Below are positions 1-8,256 of a stretch of 60,518 nt of DNA, in pieces. The DNA is from an uncultured bacterium. GTDB taxonomy: Bacteria; Myxococcota_A; CAZTSL01. The stretch covers positions 1 to 60,518 of the forward strand of contig CAZTSL010000009.1 in assembly GCA_964616915.1 (NCBI GenBank). The letters run 5' to 3'. The notes beneath the pieces are model-generated. The model did not search any database. It was not told the origin of the DNA and saw nothing but the letters and a program-made list of their open reading frames with translations. Position numbers and translations under genes: made by a program. Each line of letters starts with the position of its first letter. Position 1 is the stretch's first letter.

Positions 1-922
1 GCACGAGTCCCTTCCCCACGGTCTCATCCCCACCGAACTGGATGATCTTCGCCTCACGGATGATCTCCTGCTCGAGGTAGTGGAGGACGTCGCCGGCCGA
101 TTTGACCGTCTGGCCGTTCGTATTCTTCGGCCCCCTCGGATCGGTCGAGAGGAGGAGCGAGTAGAGGAAGGTCTCGGAGGGGAGGTGCTCCTCGCTCCAG
201 AGGGCCCCCGTCTCGACGACGCCGTTCTCCCCGATCCGGATCCGGTTGATCACCTCGGTGGAGAACTCGGCGAAATCGCGGAAGACATCGTCATGCACGA
301 GGACGAGGGAGGTTTCGATCTTTTTGCGCCAGAAGGCATAGGAATCGTTCCCCCCCGAAGGGGTGGGGAGAATGCGCTTGGAGAGCCATTTCGCCAGACG
401 CTCCACGCCATGGTTCGGTTTCTTGTCGAAGACGAAATCCTCGAGGATCACCCGCTCCCCATCGTTCACCTCGCAGTCGCTGGTCACGAAGGCCTGGGAA
501 AGGGAGGGGGATTCGACCGGAATTCCCTGGAGTTCCCCATCGGAACGAACCTCCTCGAGATCACGCTTGAGGCGTTCGATCACCGTGGGACAGGTGACCC
601 AGGCGAAGACCCCGGCGAGGGAACGGACCGGAAAGAGGAGGATCCGGGCATCGGTGAAGGCGAGGGCCCCCCCATGCTTGTCCGCGTCGTTCGTCTCGGG
701 GCCGAAGACGACCTCCAGCTCCTTCTTCTTGTCGTACTTCTTGCCGTACATCGTCGTGGCCAGATCGCGGAAGACTCCCTTGACGCCGGAGGCCTGGATC
801 ATCGGAAAGTTCGTGTGCCGTTCCCGCTGGATCGGGAGATCCGCGCCCACGACGCTGGCGCCGCTCCCCGCATGAAGGGGGGTTTCCGTCAGGAGAAAGA
901 GGACCGCAGATTCCTTGAACAT
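1..922 (-). CDS. cmr4: Type III-B RAMP subunit Cmr4 (partial; 3' end lies beyond the left edge)
   Basis: Absent from the ORF track because it runs off the window. My translation of the minus strand from ATG at 922 gives MFKESAVLFLLTETPLHAGSGASVVGADLPIQRERHTNFPMIQASGVKGVFRDLA... This is the Cmr4/RAMP N-terminal signature (PLHxGSG, D-x-P-I-x-R, SxxKG). GAGGAG lies upstream of the ATG. It sits directly downstream of cmr3. Confidence 0.85.
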   Translation of the reverse strand, partial: MFKESAVLFLLTETPLHAGSGASVVGADLPIQRERHTNFPMIQASGVKGVFRDLATTMYGKKYDKKKELEVVFGPETNDADKHGGALAFTDARILLFPVRSLAGVFAWVTCPTVIERLKRDLEEVRSDGELQGIPVESPSLSQAFVTSDCEVNDGERVILEDFVFDKKPNHGVERLAKWLSKRILPTPSGGNDSYAFWRKKIETSLVLVHDDVFRDFAEFSTEVINRIRIGENGVVETGALWSEEHLPSETFLYSLLLSTDPRGPKNTNGQTVKSAGDVLHYLEQEIIREAKIIQFGGDETVGKGLV

Positions 923-1036
923 GATCGACTCCTCATGAGTTCTCGTGCGAGGGGAGCTTCCCGGGGTGGGTCGCCCTCGCAGGCCTGATGCTGGATTTGC
1001 CGGAGTTCCAGGGAGATGCCATCCGAGAGATCTCCG

Positions 1037-2314
1037 CTACATTCCGGTTTCCGGTTCGACATATCCGAGGAGGGCGAGACCGAAACCGATCTTCCCCTTC
1101 TCCTCGACCTCCCGTTCGAGTTCCTCGCTCCCCCGGTGGTTCGTGACCGGATCGAGGCGCTGAAGGCTCTTGCCATGAACCCCCTCGAAGAGTTGCGCCA
1201 CCTCCGCCTCCGTAAGGGGCTGGTCCCCGAGCTTTTCGAGGAAATAGACGCTCCCCGCCGGGACGGCCAGACGCAGGGGACGGGGGCGGTTTCTCGCCAG
1301 ATCCCAGCCACTGAGAGGGATCCCTTTTCCAACCGCGGCGCAGAGGAGGCGCACCTCGAGCGCGCCGATCCTCCCCTCGATCCCCCGGGGCGTCTCTTCG
1401 AGGAAGTCGGGGAGCCATCCCTGCCGGAAGAGGGCCGGGGCGGGGAGATAGAGCTTGAAGCGTTTGCGTCCCACGAGTTTCCCCTCGAGCTGCTTTCGGA
1501 ACGCCTCCCCCTCGAAGAGTTCCGTCACCCCCTTCGTCGCTTCGGCCGTCAACCGGTAGTAACGGGCGGGGCGTCCTTCCCCGCCGAGGGGGAAGATCCC
1601 CCCTTCCCGAAGGTGCGCCTCGCCGGCGCCACTCACTTCGAGGAGGAAGCCGAAATTTTTCGAGAGACGGATGAAATCGACCGTGTATTTGAGTCCCGGC
1701 CTGGCCGTACGCCCACGCCCGAGCGCAAGTCCGCTCCGGCTTTCCCGGTAATGGGGGGCGGGGCTCTCCTCCATCGCCGAGGCCCGGTTTCCCAGTAGAT
1801 CGTCGATGAGGGGGGGGAGGGGAATCAGGCGTTCCTGTTCCTCCGGCACGTCCCCCTCCTTCCTGCTCCAGAGGGGGAGATCCGGGAAACCGGGCGCGTT
1901 CGTCACGATCCCCTCCCACGGGAGTGGCGCGGGGCGCAAATGGAGGGGACGGCGTCGTTCCTCTTGCGTCATCTGCCGGAAGAGGAGATCGTTCGGGATC
2001 GGAAAGTAGGCGGCCCCTTCCTCCTCATCCTTCCCCCCCTTCCGCCAGAGGAAGGGTCCCCGGATCCGGAGCTTCCCATAGCCGTCGGGGCCACCGATCG
2101 CCTCGGCGAGGGGAAGGGGATCGTGATTTCTCACCCGCTCCCGGTAGTCGGCCAGATCGACCCCCGCGTCGGTCAGGATCTTTCCGCGGATCGCCCCGGC
2201 GAAGGGGAGGGAGAGGGGGGGGAAGGTGCTCGACACCCGGAAGTTCTCCCCCGCGGTGAAGGGCTTGGCATCCCGGAAGAGGAGCACATCGAACGGTTCG
2301 ACGAAGATCCACAT
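1037..2314 (-). CDS. cmr3: Type III-B subunit Cmr3
   Basis: 425-aa ORF. The N-terminus MWIFVEPFDVLLFRDAKPFTAGE matches the Cmr3 hallmark (P-x-D-x-L-x-FRD-x-[KR]PF). It abuts the cas10 stop with a 2-nt gap and precedes cmr4. Confidence 0.8.
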   Translation of the reverse strand: MWIFVEPFDVLLFRDAKPFTAGENFRVSSTFPPLSLPFAGAIRGKILTDAGVDLADYRERVRNHDPLPLAEAIGGPDGYGKLRIRGPFLWRKGGKDEEEGAAYFPIPNDLLFRQMTQEERRRPLHLRPAPLPWEGIVTNAPGFPDLPLWSRKEGDVPEEQERLIPLPPLIDDLLGNRASAMEESPAPHYRESRSGLALGRGRTARPGLKYTVDFIRLSKNFGFLLEVSGAGEAHLREGGIFPLGGEGRPARYYRLTAEATKGVTELFEGEAFRKQLEGKLVGRKRFKLYLPAPALFRQGWLPDFLEETPRGIEGRIGALEVRLLCAAVGKGIPLSGWDLARNRPRPLRLAVPAGSVYFLEKLGDQPLTEAEVAQLFEGVHGKSLQRLDPVTNHRGSEELEREVEEKGKIGFGLALLGYVEPETGM

Positions 2315-2316
2315 CG

Positions 2317-5300
2317 CTATCCCTCCTGTGCGATGAAACGGGCCACGAGGAGCAACCGGGTGAGGCGTTCCCAGGAGGCATCCACCCTCGGCGGTTTTTC
2401 CCCCTTCTCCTCCTTCTGCTGCACGACGAGCCGCTCCGCCTCCTCCACGGCCTCGACGAGCCGCTCCGCGTGCTTGCGGATCTCACGCCGCGTATCCTCA
2501 TCCGTCTCCGCGGTATGACGTCCCAACAGACGCATGAACTCCTCCTTCTGGGCATCGAGATACCAGGGACGGGCCTCCCTGAGGGCATCGAGATACCAGG
2601 CAAGTTCCTCCTCGGAACGCTCGCAATGGAAGATCTCGATCCGTCGTGCCATGTCGTAGGGGAGGCGGGAGGAGATGTCGTCCCGATCGAACCACCCGAC
2701 GAACGCATCGAGTTCCTCGAGAATGTCGAAGGAGCCGGCGCTTTCGTCTCTCGAGGGGACGAACCACTTCATCCCGCACTCCACCGGTTCCCCCGAGCGG
2801 CGGTGGAGGTGGAGCGCAAAGGCGTCCCGCCCCAGGCGGTCCTTGGCCCGTCCCTTCATCGCATGATGGAGGGCTTCCACCATGGCGTAGGGGAGGGGAT
2901 GGCTCTCGTGGATCAAGGCGACGCCCGCGCTGGCGGTGGGCCCCTGAAACACCTGGTCACTCCGGGGATTCTTCCCCCCCGCCAGGAGGATCGGGTGCTT
3001 GCCTTCTTCCTCTTCGATCGTGGCGATCCCCTTCCCGGCTTCGATATGAATCCCTCCCGCGCTCTCGTGGAACGATTCCCCCTGAAAGAGGATCCGAAGC
3101 GTGCGAAGGAGGGAGAAGAGGTCCCGCAGCGGCACGAAGGCGATCACGTCGTCCCCCCCCGCGTAGATCAGCTTCCCGGCGTGCTGTACCTCGACGGCCC
3201 AGCGCACGACGTGGAGCGCGTAGTTCTTCATCACCGCGCTCAGCGCCAGATGGCTCCCCCCTCCGAGGGGACGGAGCCGGGAACCCACCCCTTCGACGAT
3301 CCTGGGATCCTTCCCCTCCCCTTCGACGAGATCGGGATGGAAGATCCACTGCATCCGGGGCGCCCGTTTCCCCGCCACCCATTCGCTGAACTTGTCGCCA
3401 TCCATCGCGACGAGGGCGTAGTAGCGGGCCGGTTTCGCGGTGGCGATCTTTTTCTCTTTCTTGAGATCCCGGCATGCCGAAAGGAGTTGCTTCAGGGCAT
3501 CGAGCGCGCTTCGGCGCAGCGTCTCATCGATCCGCTTTCCACCGATCTGGTACTGGTGGGAGATCGTGTCGGGGTCGAAGGACTCCTCGTAGAGCCAGTC
3601 CCCGTCGATTCTGAGGAATTCTTTCGCCACGCCCTTGGCCTGCACTTCGAGGCGGGGGACGCCGGAGGCGGCGTAGAAGATCCTCGCCTTCTTGAGGAAT
3701 TTCAGGACCGCATCGACGTACGTCTCGAGTTGGGGGAGATTCCCGGCCTCGTAGGCCTCGATCGCTGCTTCCTTGAAGGGGGTCGTGGCCAGGGTTGCGG
3801 TGGAGGGGAAGATATGCCGGTCGAAACCGAAGGTGTCGCAGAAGTAGGCCTCGAGGGCGAGCCGTTTCGTCAGGCAGACCGCACAGAGGCGATCCTCCTT
3901 GCCGATCCGGCCCTTGAGCTTCTGCGTCCTTTCGTTCTCTCCCTCCTCCCCGCTCTTCGGCCGGCGATCGATGTTCCCCAACGTCTTCCAGAAGTTCCGC
4001 AGGGCGTGGAAACGGCCGTTGCCGGACGACCATTCGGGGTGGAGGGCCTCGCGGAGGCCGCAGAGCGTGCACTTCTCTCCCGGCTCCTCCACCTGGGCGA
4101 AGGCCCGGAGGTTCTTGCGTGCCGACATCGCCCGTGCCGTCAGGGTGGAGAGGGGGGCATAGACCATCCCGAGGTTCATGCGCCCTTCCCGGATCTCTTC
4201 GAAGGCATCGAGGGGGTCGGCGGATTTCTCCGGCGCGCTTCCCGGATCGAAGAGTTCGCGGCAGGCCGCGGCGATGGCCTCCGGATCTTCCCCCCAGGGG
4301 GAGACGACCCAGAAGACCCCGAGTCCTTCGAGGAAGCGGCTCCCCTGCCGCTCCCAGATGCCGTTCCATACGGTGTCGTTCGAGAGGTCAGGGCCGTGGC
4401 TCTCCCAGAGGGTCTCTTCGACCGCCTCGCGGACCGCCTTCGAGATCGCACGCCATTCCCTTTCGATCGCCGCTCGGACCTGGCGGGCCAGCGCTTCGGC
4501 GTCCTGCCGCGGCACGAGCGCGGAGAAGGCGTTGGGGAAGTTGGCGATCTTCAATTTCTCCTTGTCGAGCGGGGGGAGGGAGAGCTTCTTCTCCTTTTCG
4601 AGCCATGTATCGACGAGGGGCTGGCCGTGGAGGTGGGGGTAGAGGAGCGCATCGGGTCCGCAACGATCCACCACGACCTCGATCCCCTTCCAGATGAGGT
4701 AGGAGAGGAGGAAACTCCCCATCCAGAAGTCCTGCGTTCGGCGGGCGCTCCCGACGAACTCCTGGGCCGATCCGATCGTGAAGAAGAGGAGCGCCGGCGT
4801 CTCACCCGCGCCGGCAAAGGCGGAGGCCACCGCCGCATGATCCCAGATGCCGTGCGAGGGGAGGCAGGGATCGGCGGGGAGGAGATCCCACCAGTGGCCC
4901 AACGCGATCCCATGATCCTTCTCGAGCTTCCGGATCCGGTCGGGGAGTTTTCGCCAGAGGGCGAGGAAGAGCCGCTTCTCGAAGGGATCGTTCGTCGTGG
5001 CATTCTTCCCACTGGCGGAGGATGCTCCGATCTCCTCGCGGATCGATGCCACCGCCCCTCTGAGGAGATCGAGCCCACGCGCCGCGTCGTAGCGATGGAT
5101 CGTCTCCTCGATCTCGTCGAGCGGATGGATTGCGCCCGAGAGGGGGTGGACGATGCAGGGATTCCTCCGGAAGACCGAACGATCGAGTGTCTCCACGATC
5201 GGGGGGATATCGAGCCCCCGGGCATTCTCCTCCGCCCGCCGCACCGCATCGGGGATCGTGAGACCTCCTGGATCCTCCCCGAGGGCCGCCGCGATCAAGA

Positions 5301-5403
5301 CGCGGGCGCGTTCCTCCCGTTCTTCCGGCGCGATCGCCACGTCGGGGGGGGTGAAGAGGAATGCCGCGATCTTCCTTCGCCACCATTCGCTACTTCCGAT
5401 CAT
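2317..5403 (-). CDS. cas10: Cas10/Cmr2 large subunit of the type III-B effector
   Basis: KLIYAGGDDVIAFVPL contains the GGDD cyclase motif (codons at 3148-3159). Zinc-finger cysteines are present (CTLCG ... CAVC). FFTIGSAQEFVGSARRTQDFWMGSFLLSYL matches the first Palm/D1 region. I prefer the second ATG (5403): GGAGG lies 7 nt upstream and it forms an ATGA overlap with the cmr1 stop. The track start 5418 is the alternative. Confidence 0.92.
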   Translation of the reverse strand: MIGSSEWWRRKIAAFLFTPPDVAIAPEEREERARVLIAAALGEDPGGLTIPDAVRRAEENARGLDIPPIVETLDRSVFRRNPCIVHPLSGAIHPLDEIEETIHRYDAARGLDLLRGAVASIREEIGASSASGKNATTNDPFEKRLFLALWRKLPDRIRKLEKDHGIALGHWWDLLPADPCLPSHGIWDHAAVASAFAGAGETPALLFFTIGSAQEFVGSARRTQDFWMGSFLLSYLIWKGIEVVVDRCGPDALLYPHLHGQPLVDTWLEKEKKLSLPPLDKEKLKIANFPNAFSALVPRQDAEALARQVRAAIEREWRAISKAVREAVEETLWESHGPDLSNDTVWNGIWERQGSRFLEGLGVFWVVSPWGEDPEAIAAACRELFDPGSAPEKSADPLDAFEEIREGRMNLGMVYAPLSTLTARAMSARKNLRAFAQVEEPGEKCTLCGLREALHPEWSSGNGRFHALRNFWKTLGNIDRRPKSGEEGENERTQKLKGRIGKEDRLCAVCLTKRLALEAYFCDTFGFDRHIFPSTATLATTPFKEAAIEAYEAGNLPQLETYVDAVLKFLKKARIFYAASGVPRLEVQAKGVAKEFLRIDGDWLYEESFDPDTISHQYQIGGKRIDETLRRSALDALKQLLSACRDLKKEKKIATAKPARYYALVAMDGDKFSEWVAGKRAPRMQWIFHPDLVEGEGKDPRIVEGVGSRLRPLGGGSHLALSAVMKNYALHVVRWAVEVQHAGKLIYAGGDDVIAFVPLRDLFSLLRTLRILFQGESFHESAGGIHIEAGKGIATIEEEEGKHPILLAGGKNPRSDQVFQGPTASAGVALIHESHPLPYAMVEALHHAMKGRAKDRLGRDAFALHLHRRSGEPVECGMKWFVPSRDESAGSFDILEELDAFVGWFDRDDISSRLPYDMARRIEIFHCERSEEELAWYLDALREARPWYLDAQKEEFMRLLGRHTAETDEDTRREIRKHAERLVEAVEEAERLVVQQKEEKGEKPPRVDASWERLTRLLLVARFIAQEG
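2550..2600 (-). repeat. Perfect 18-nt in-frame direct repeat (2550-2567 and 2583-2600, period 33 nt) inside the cas10 3' region
   Basis: gggcatcgagataccagg occurs twice, read directly from the sequence. It encodes the duplicated peptide WYLDA in ...AWYLDALREARPWYLDAQKEE... Confidence 0.9.
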
Positions 5404-6560
5404 ACCGAAACCTCCCATGCCTGCGGAACGACGTTTTCATCGAGGAATTCCTCGACCGCGGTGAAATCGGGTTGAGGTCCGAACCCCGTCCCTGAGCGGG
5501 CTTTGATCATGATCGGTTCTCCCTCGGGGAGGATCTTGGCCCGCAGGAGGAGGAAGAGGAGTCCGTAGCGCTGGTCACCGAGCCTGACGACGCGCACGAA
5601 GAGGGGAGAGGCTCGCCGCTCTTTCTTCTTCCCCTTCACGGAGGCCTTGTTCGACCCTGGCGGCAGGGAGGTGAAGTAGAACTCGATCGGAAGCCCGAAT
5701 GCCGCCCGGCGGATCGGGCCGATCTCCTTCGATGGATGCTGGAGGAACTTCTTCACTTCCTGGTAATCCCCCCAGGGATTCCCTGGACGATTCAGGGGGT
5801 ATCTGCGCCGGAAATTCATCATTCGCGTCCCCGCCTCATCCATCGCCCTCTCCCACTCCCGAAAGGGGGTCTTCCAGAGATAGAGCTTGGCAAATTTTGG
5901 ATGGAGCACGGAATAATCGGGGAGGGAAGTCCCATCGGGAGGGGTACCCCGCCCGATCCACGCGACGCACCGCCGGAGGTTGGTTTCGAGGAAGTCGTGG
6001 AGCTGCTGGGAATCGCCCTGGAAGGTGAAGGGGAGTTCGCGAAGAGCCTCGTTTCCGGGGTTCTTCACCTCGGTCACCCGCATCGAGCCGAATCCGCGGC
6101 GGCTTCGGCTCCCCATTCCGCCGAGCCAGGTCGCCAGCCAGAGGGCGGCGACGATGCCCCGTTTCCGCTCGAGGGGGAGGGAGGCGGGCCAGGCGAGGGT
6201 CACCTCGAAACGACACCTGGGGGGGAGGTACTTTCGCTGGATCGCCTCGCCCCCCCGTTTCGCATCCATGGAGAAACCGAAGTACTGGACGCCCGTTCCA
6301 AACTTCTCCTTCCGGAACTTGTCGCTCCTGCGATTCTGCATGTGGCAACGGAGCCGGAAGGGGGAAGCCAGGTCGGTGGCGCCGAAGAGGGCGCTCTCCG
6401 CCTCAGAGAGCCTGCCGTCCCAGTCGCCCCGCATCGCCCGGAACCACCAGCGCATGACGCCCCGCAACGAAGCGGCCCGCAACTCGGCCTTCGTCTTCTG
6501 GTCGGCGCCGGAGAGGAACATCGGCGTCACGATCTCGAAGGTAGCCTGCCACCTTTCCAT
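5400..6560 (-). CDS. cmr1: Type III-B RAMP subunit Cmr1
   Basis: 386-aa ORF. MERWQATFEIVTPMFLSGADQKTKAELRAASLRGVMRWWFRAM is the Cmr1/RAMP N-terminal pattern (T-P-x-F-x-G ... E-L-R-x-x-S-[IL]-R-G-x-x-R-[FW]-W-F-R). GGAGGA RBS. Position is immediately upstream of cas10. Confidence 0.8.
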   Translation of the reverse strand: MERWQATFEIVTPMFLSGADQKTKAELRAASLRGVMRWWFRAMRGDWDGRLSEAESALFGATDLASPFRLRCHMQNRRSDKFRKEKFGTGVQYFGFSMDAKRGGEAIQRKYLPPRCRFEVTLAWPASLPLERKRGIVAALWLATWLGGMGSRSRRGFGSMRVTEVKNPGNEALRELPFTFQGDSQQLHDFLETNLRRCVAWIGRGTPPDGTSLPDYSVLHPKFAKLYLWKTPFREWERAMDEAGTRMMNFRRRYPLNRPGNPWGDYQEVKKFLQHPSKEIGPIRRAAFGLPIEFYFTSLPPGSNKASVKGKKKERRASPLFVRVVRLGDQRYGLLFLLLRAKILPEGEPIMIKARSGTGFGPQPDFTAVEEFLDENVVPQAWEVSV

Positions 6561-6776
6561 CGGTCCTCCTCAGATCAGATGTGTACTGCGGGGAGACGAC
6601 GAACGCGCCCTGCAGATTCTGGGGGTGGTCTGACAGAAGTCGTTGTCCTCCCCATCTCGATTCTTTCCATGGTCTCCATGATCAAGGACGGCGAAAGGGG
6701 AGACAATCGTGCACTCCCCCCCGATGCCCAGAAAACCCTTCGAGGGAAACCCTCGCTCGATCGCATGGGTGTGGGG

Positions 6777-7763
6777 TCATTGGCGTCTCCTACCCCCTTG
6801 GGGGTGGAGTGTGAAGCGGCCAAGCCCGAAGGTCGTCTTCTTCCCGACGCCGGTAAGGCCACCGAAGGCGAGATAGGGGAGAAAGGGGGTCAGGTCCCCC
6901 TCATAGACGACGGAGCCGGTGAGGCCACCCAAAGAGCGTTCCCCGCGGGTGCGAACCGCCTGCCAGGTGAGGCTGCTCTGCCGCGTGCGCACCTCGCTTG
7001 CCGCCGCCACGAGCGCCTCGATCGTTTCCCGCGGGTGCAGCCTCTCCCCCCCATCACAGAAGTAGCGTTGCAGCATCTCGAAACGGAGGAGGAGCGCCTG
7101 GAGCAGAGTGGCGAAGGGGAGTTGCGTGACGCTCTTGCCCTCACGGCGGAGTTGGAGGGGAGAGGTGAGTTCGAGACGCAGCCGGTGATCGGCGCCATGC
7201 GGTTCCTGCGCAACGTCCTCGAAACGGTGAAGGAGGATCTCGGGCGTCGAGATTCCCCGCTCCCCATCGTAGATCTCGCGGATCACGAAACCGGGTCCCA
7301 AGGTCTCGACCCGCTTGAGCCAGAACTTTCCCCCCGGGCCGATCCCCTTGCGGCGTCCCATCTCCTCGACCGCGAAGATCAGGGCATGGACGACCTCCGG
7401 ACGGCAGAGGCGGCCGGTCAGCACGATCCCGAAGGAGAAGGCGGCCCCCGCACGGTAGTGCCCACCCGTCCAGGTCGTATCGAGCGCAATCGGCCGGGGC
7501 AGCGTGGCCCGGTACCCGAAACGCTCCTTGAGCGCGGCGAGCGCGGGGAGACGATCGGGCTCGAAGAGTTCGCAATAGAGGGAAGGCCAGAAAGCACGGC
7601 GGGGATCGGTGGATCGTCGGAAGAAGACATGCTTGATCCCCCCCCGAAGGAAGTGACCCACCCGCAAAGGATCGATCGTGAGGGGACGCACCGCCTCTCC
7701 CACGAAGCGCAAGGGGGCAACGTGGAGAAGGGGAAAAACTCTATGTCCTGGAGGGAACGTCAC
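6777..7763 (-). CDS. cas6: Cas6-family pre-crRNA endoribonuclease (start uncertain)
   Basis: C-terminal glycine-rich loop LTGVGKKTTFGLGRF is typical of Cas6. The track ORF (6777..8018, 413 aa) has an implausible N-terminal extension. I prefer GTG at 7763: GAGG lies 5 nt upstream and a TTGACA-17-TACGCT promoter lies about 50 nt further upstream. The start could be off by tens of codons. Confidence 0.7.
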   Translation of the reverse strand: MTFPPGHRVFPLLHVAPLRFVGEAVRPLTIDPLRVGHFLRGGIKHVFFRRSTDPRRAFWPSLYCELFEPDRLPALAALKERFGYRATLPRPIALDTTWTGGHYRAGAAFSFGIVLTGRLCRPEVVHALIFAVEEMGRRKGIGPGGKFWLKRVETLGPGFVIREIYDGERGISTPEILLHRFEDVAQEPHGADHRLRLELTSPLQLRREGKSVTQLPFATLLQALLLRFEMLQRYFCDGGERLHPRETIEALVAAASEVRTRQSSLTWQAVRTRGERSLGGLTGSVVYEGDLTPFLPYLAFGGLTGVGKKTTFGLGRFTLHPQGGRRRQ

Positions 7764-7811
7764 CTTGACCTCTTCCTCCGAAAAGGACGAGATTCCCAGA
7801 GAGTGAAGCCC

Positions 7812-7840
7812 AGCGTAACCGAAGATACCGACATTGTCAA
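7812..7840 (-). promoter_or_regulatory. Sigma70-like promoter for the cas6-cmr operon
   Basis: The minus strand reads TTGACA (7840-7835), a 17-nt spacer, then TACGCT (7817-7812). An A-rich stretch precedes it. The -35 is perfect and the -10 is weak. Confidence 0.35.
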
Positions 7841-8256
7841 GGACTTTTTCCGCAGGGACGATTGCAGGGCATACGACCTGGGAAGGTGAAACGGACTTGA
7901 TTCGATCTTCTGGATCGGGGAGGCAAGGGAAGCGGGGCTTGACGAGCGGATCGTGGCAATGGTAAGGGAAGAGGAGTGGGAGGGAAACGATGCGCGGCAT
8001 CGACCAGTTCGAGCGCATCTTCCGGGCGGCGGAACGGGAGATCTACCCCTACGAGCCGATCACGCTGGGAAACGTCCTCGTCGTTCCCCATCCCCGCGCC
8101 GGGGAGGCCATCGAAGCAGAGGCTGCCGATGTCGTTGCCCGGTTTCGTCGAACATCCGTTTCCCTCCGCGCTGTTGCAGATCCTTCTCGCCATGGCTTAT
8201 GTGCTCCTCGCGCTCGCCTGAGCGCCCCCCGATTCCTTCTCCAGCGAGGCATCGTC

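Noticed and set aside
889-1919. ORFs 889..1332- and 933..1919-, overlapping cmr3 in other frames, and 80..988+ opposite cmr4.
   Set aside because: Their sequences are Arg/Pro/Gly-rich and lack motifs. The cmr3 and cmr4 frames carry the family signatures.
2470-5475. Very long antisense or alternative-frame ORFs. Examples: 2470..5475+, 5736..7889+, 8197..9969-, 14468..15994-, 19496..21868-, 31338..33680-, 33481..35232-, 35242..37659-, 37714..41979-, 42105..43862-, 48561..50342-, 53280..55322- and 55502..58549-.
   Set aside because: Each lies opposite a gene with clear family motifs. Their products are low-complexity and rich in R, G, P and E, with no recognisable domains. Strong G/C bias at third codon positions removes stop codons from the antisense frame. 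These are a classic high-GC artefact.
7764-8256. Possible degenerate CRISPR repeat or leader upstream of cas6. Two segments end in GAAAC (about 7880-7891 and 7975-7987), reminiscent of type III repeat 3' ends.
   Set aside because: The two segments share no similarity beyond the pentamer, they are about 96 nt apart, and there is no third copy. One lies in the RBS region of the 7990 ORF. This is not an array.
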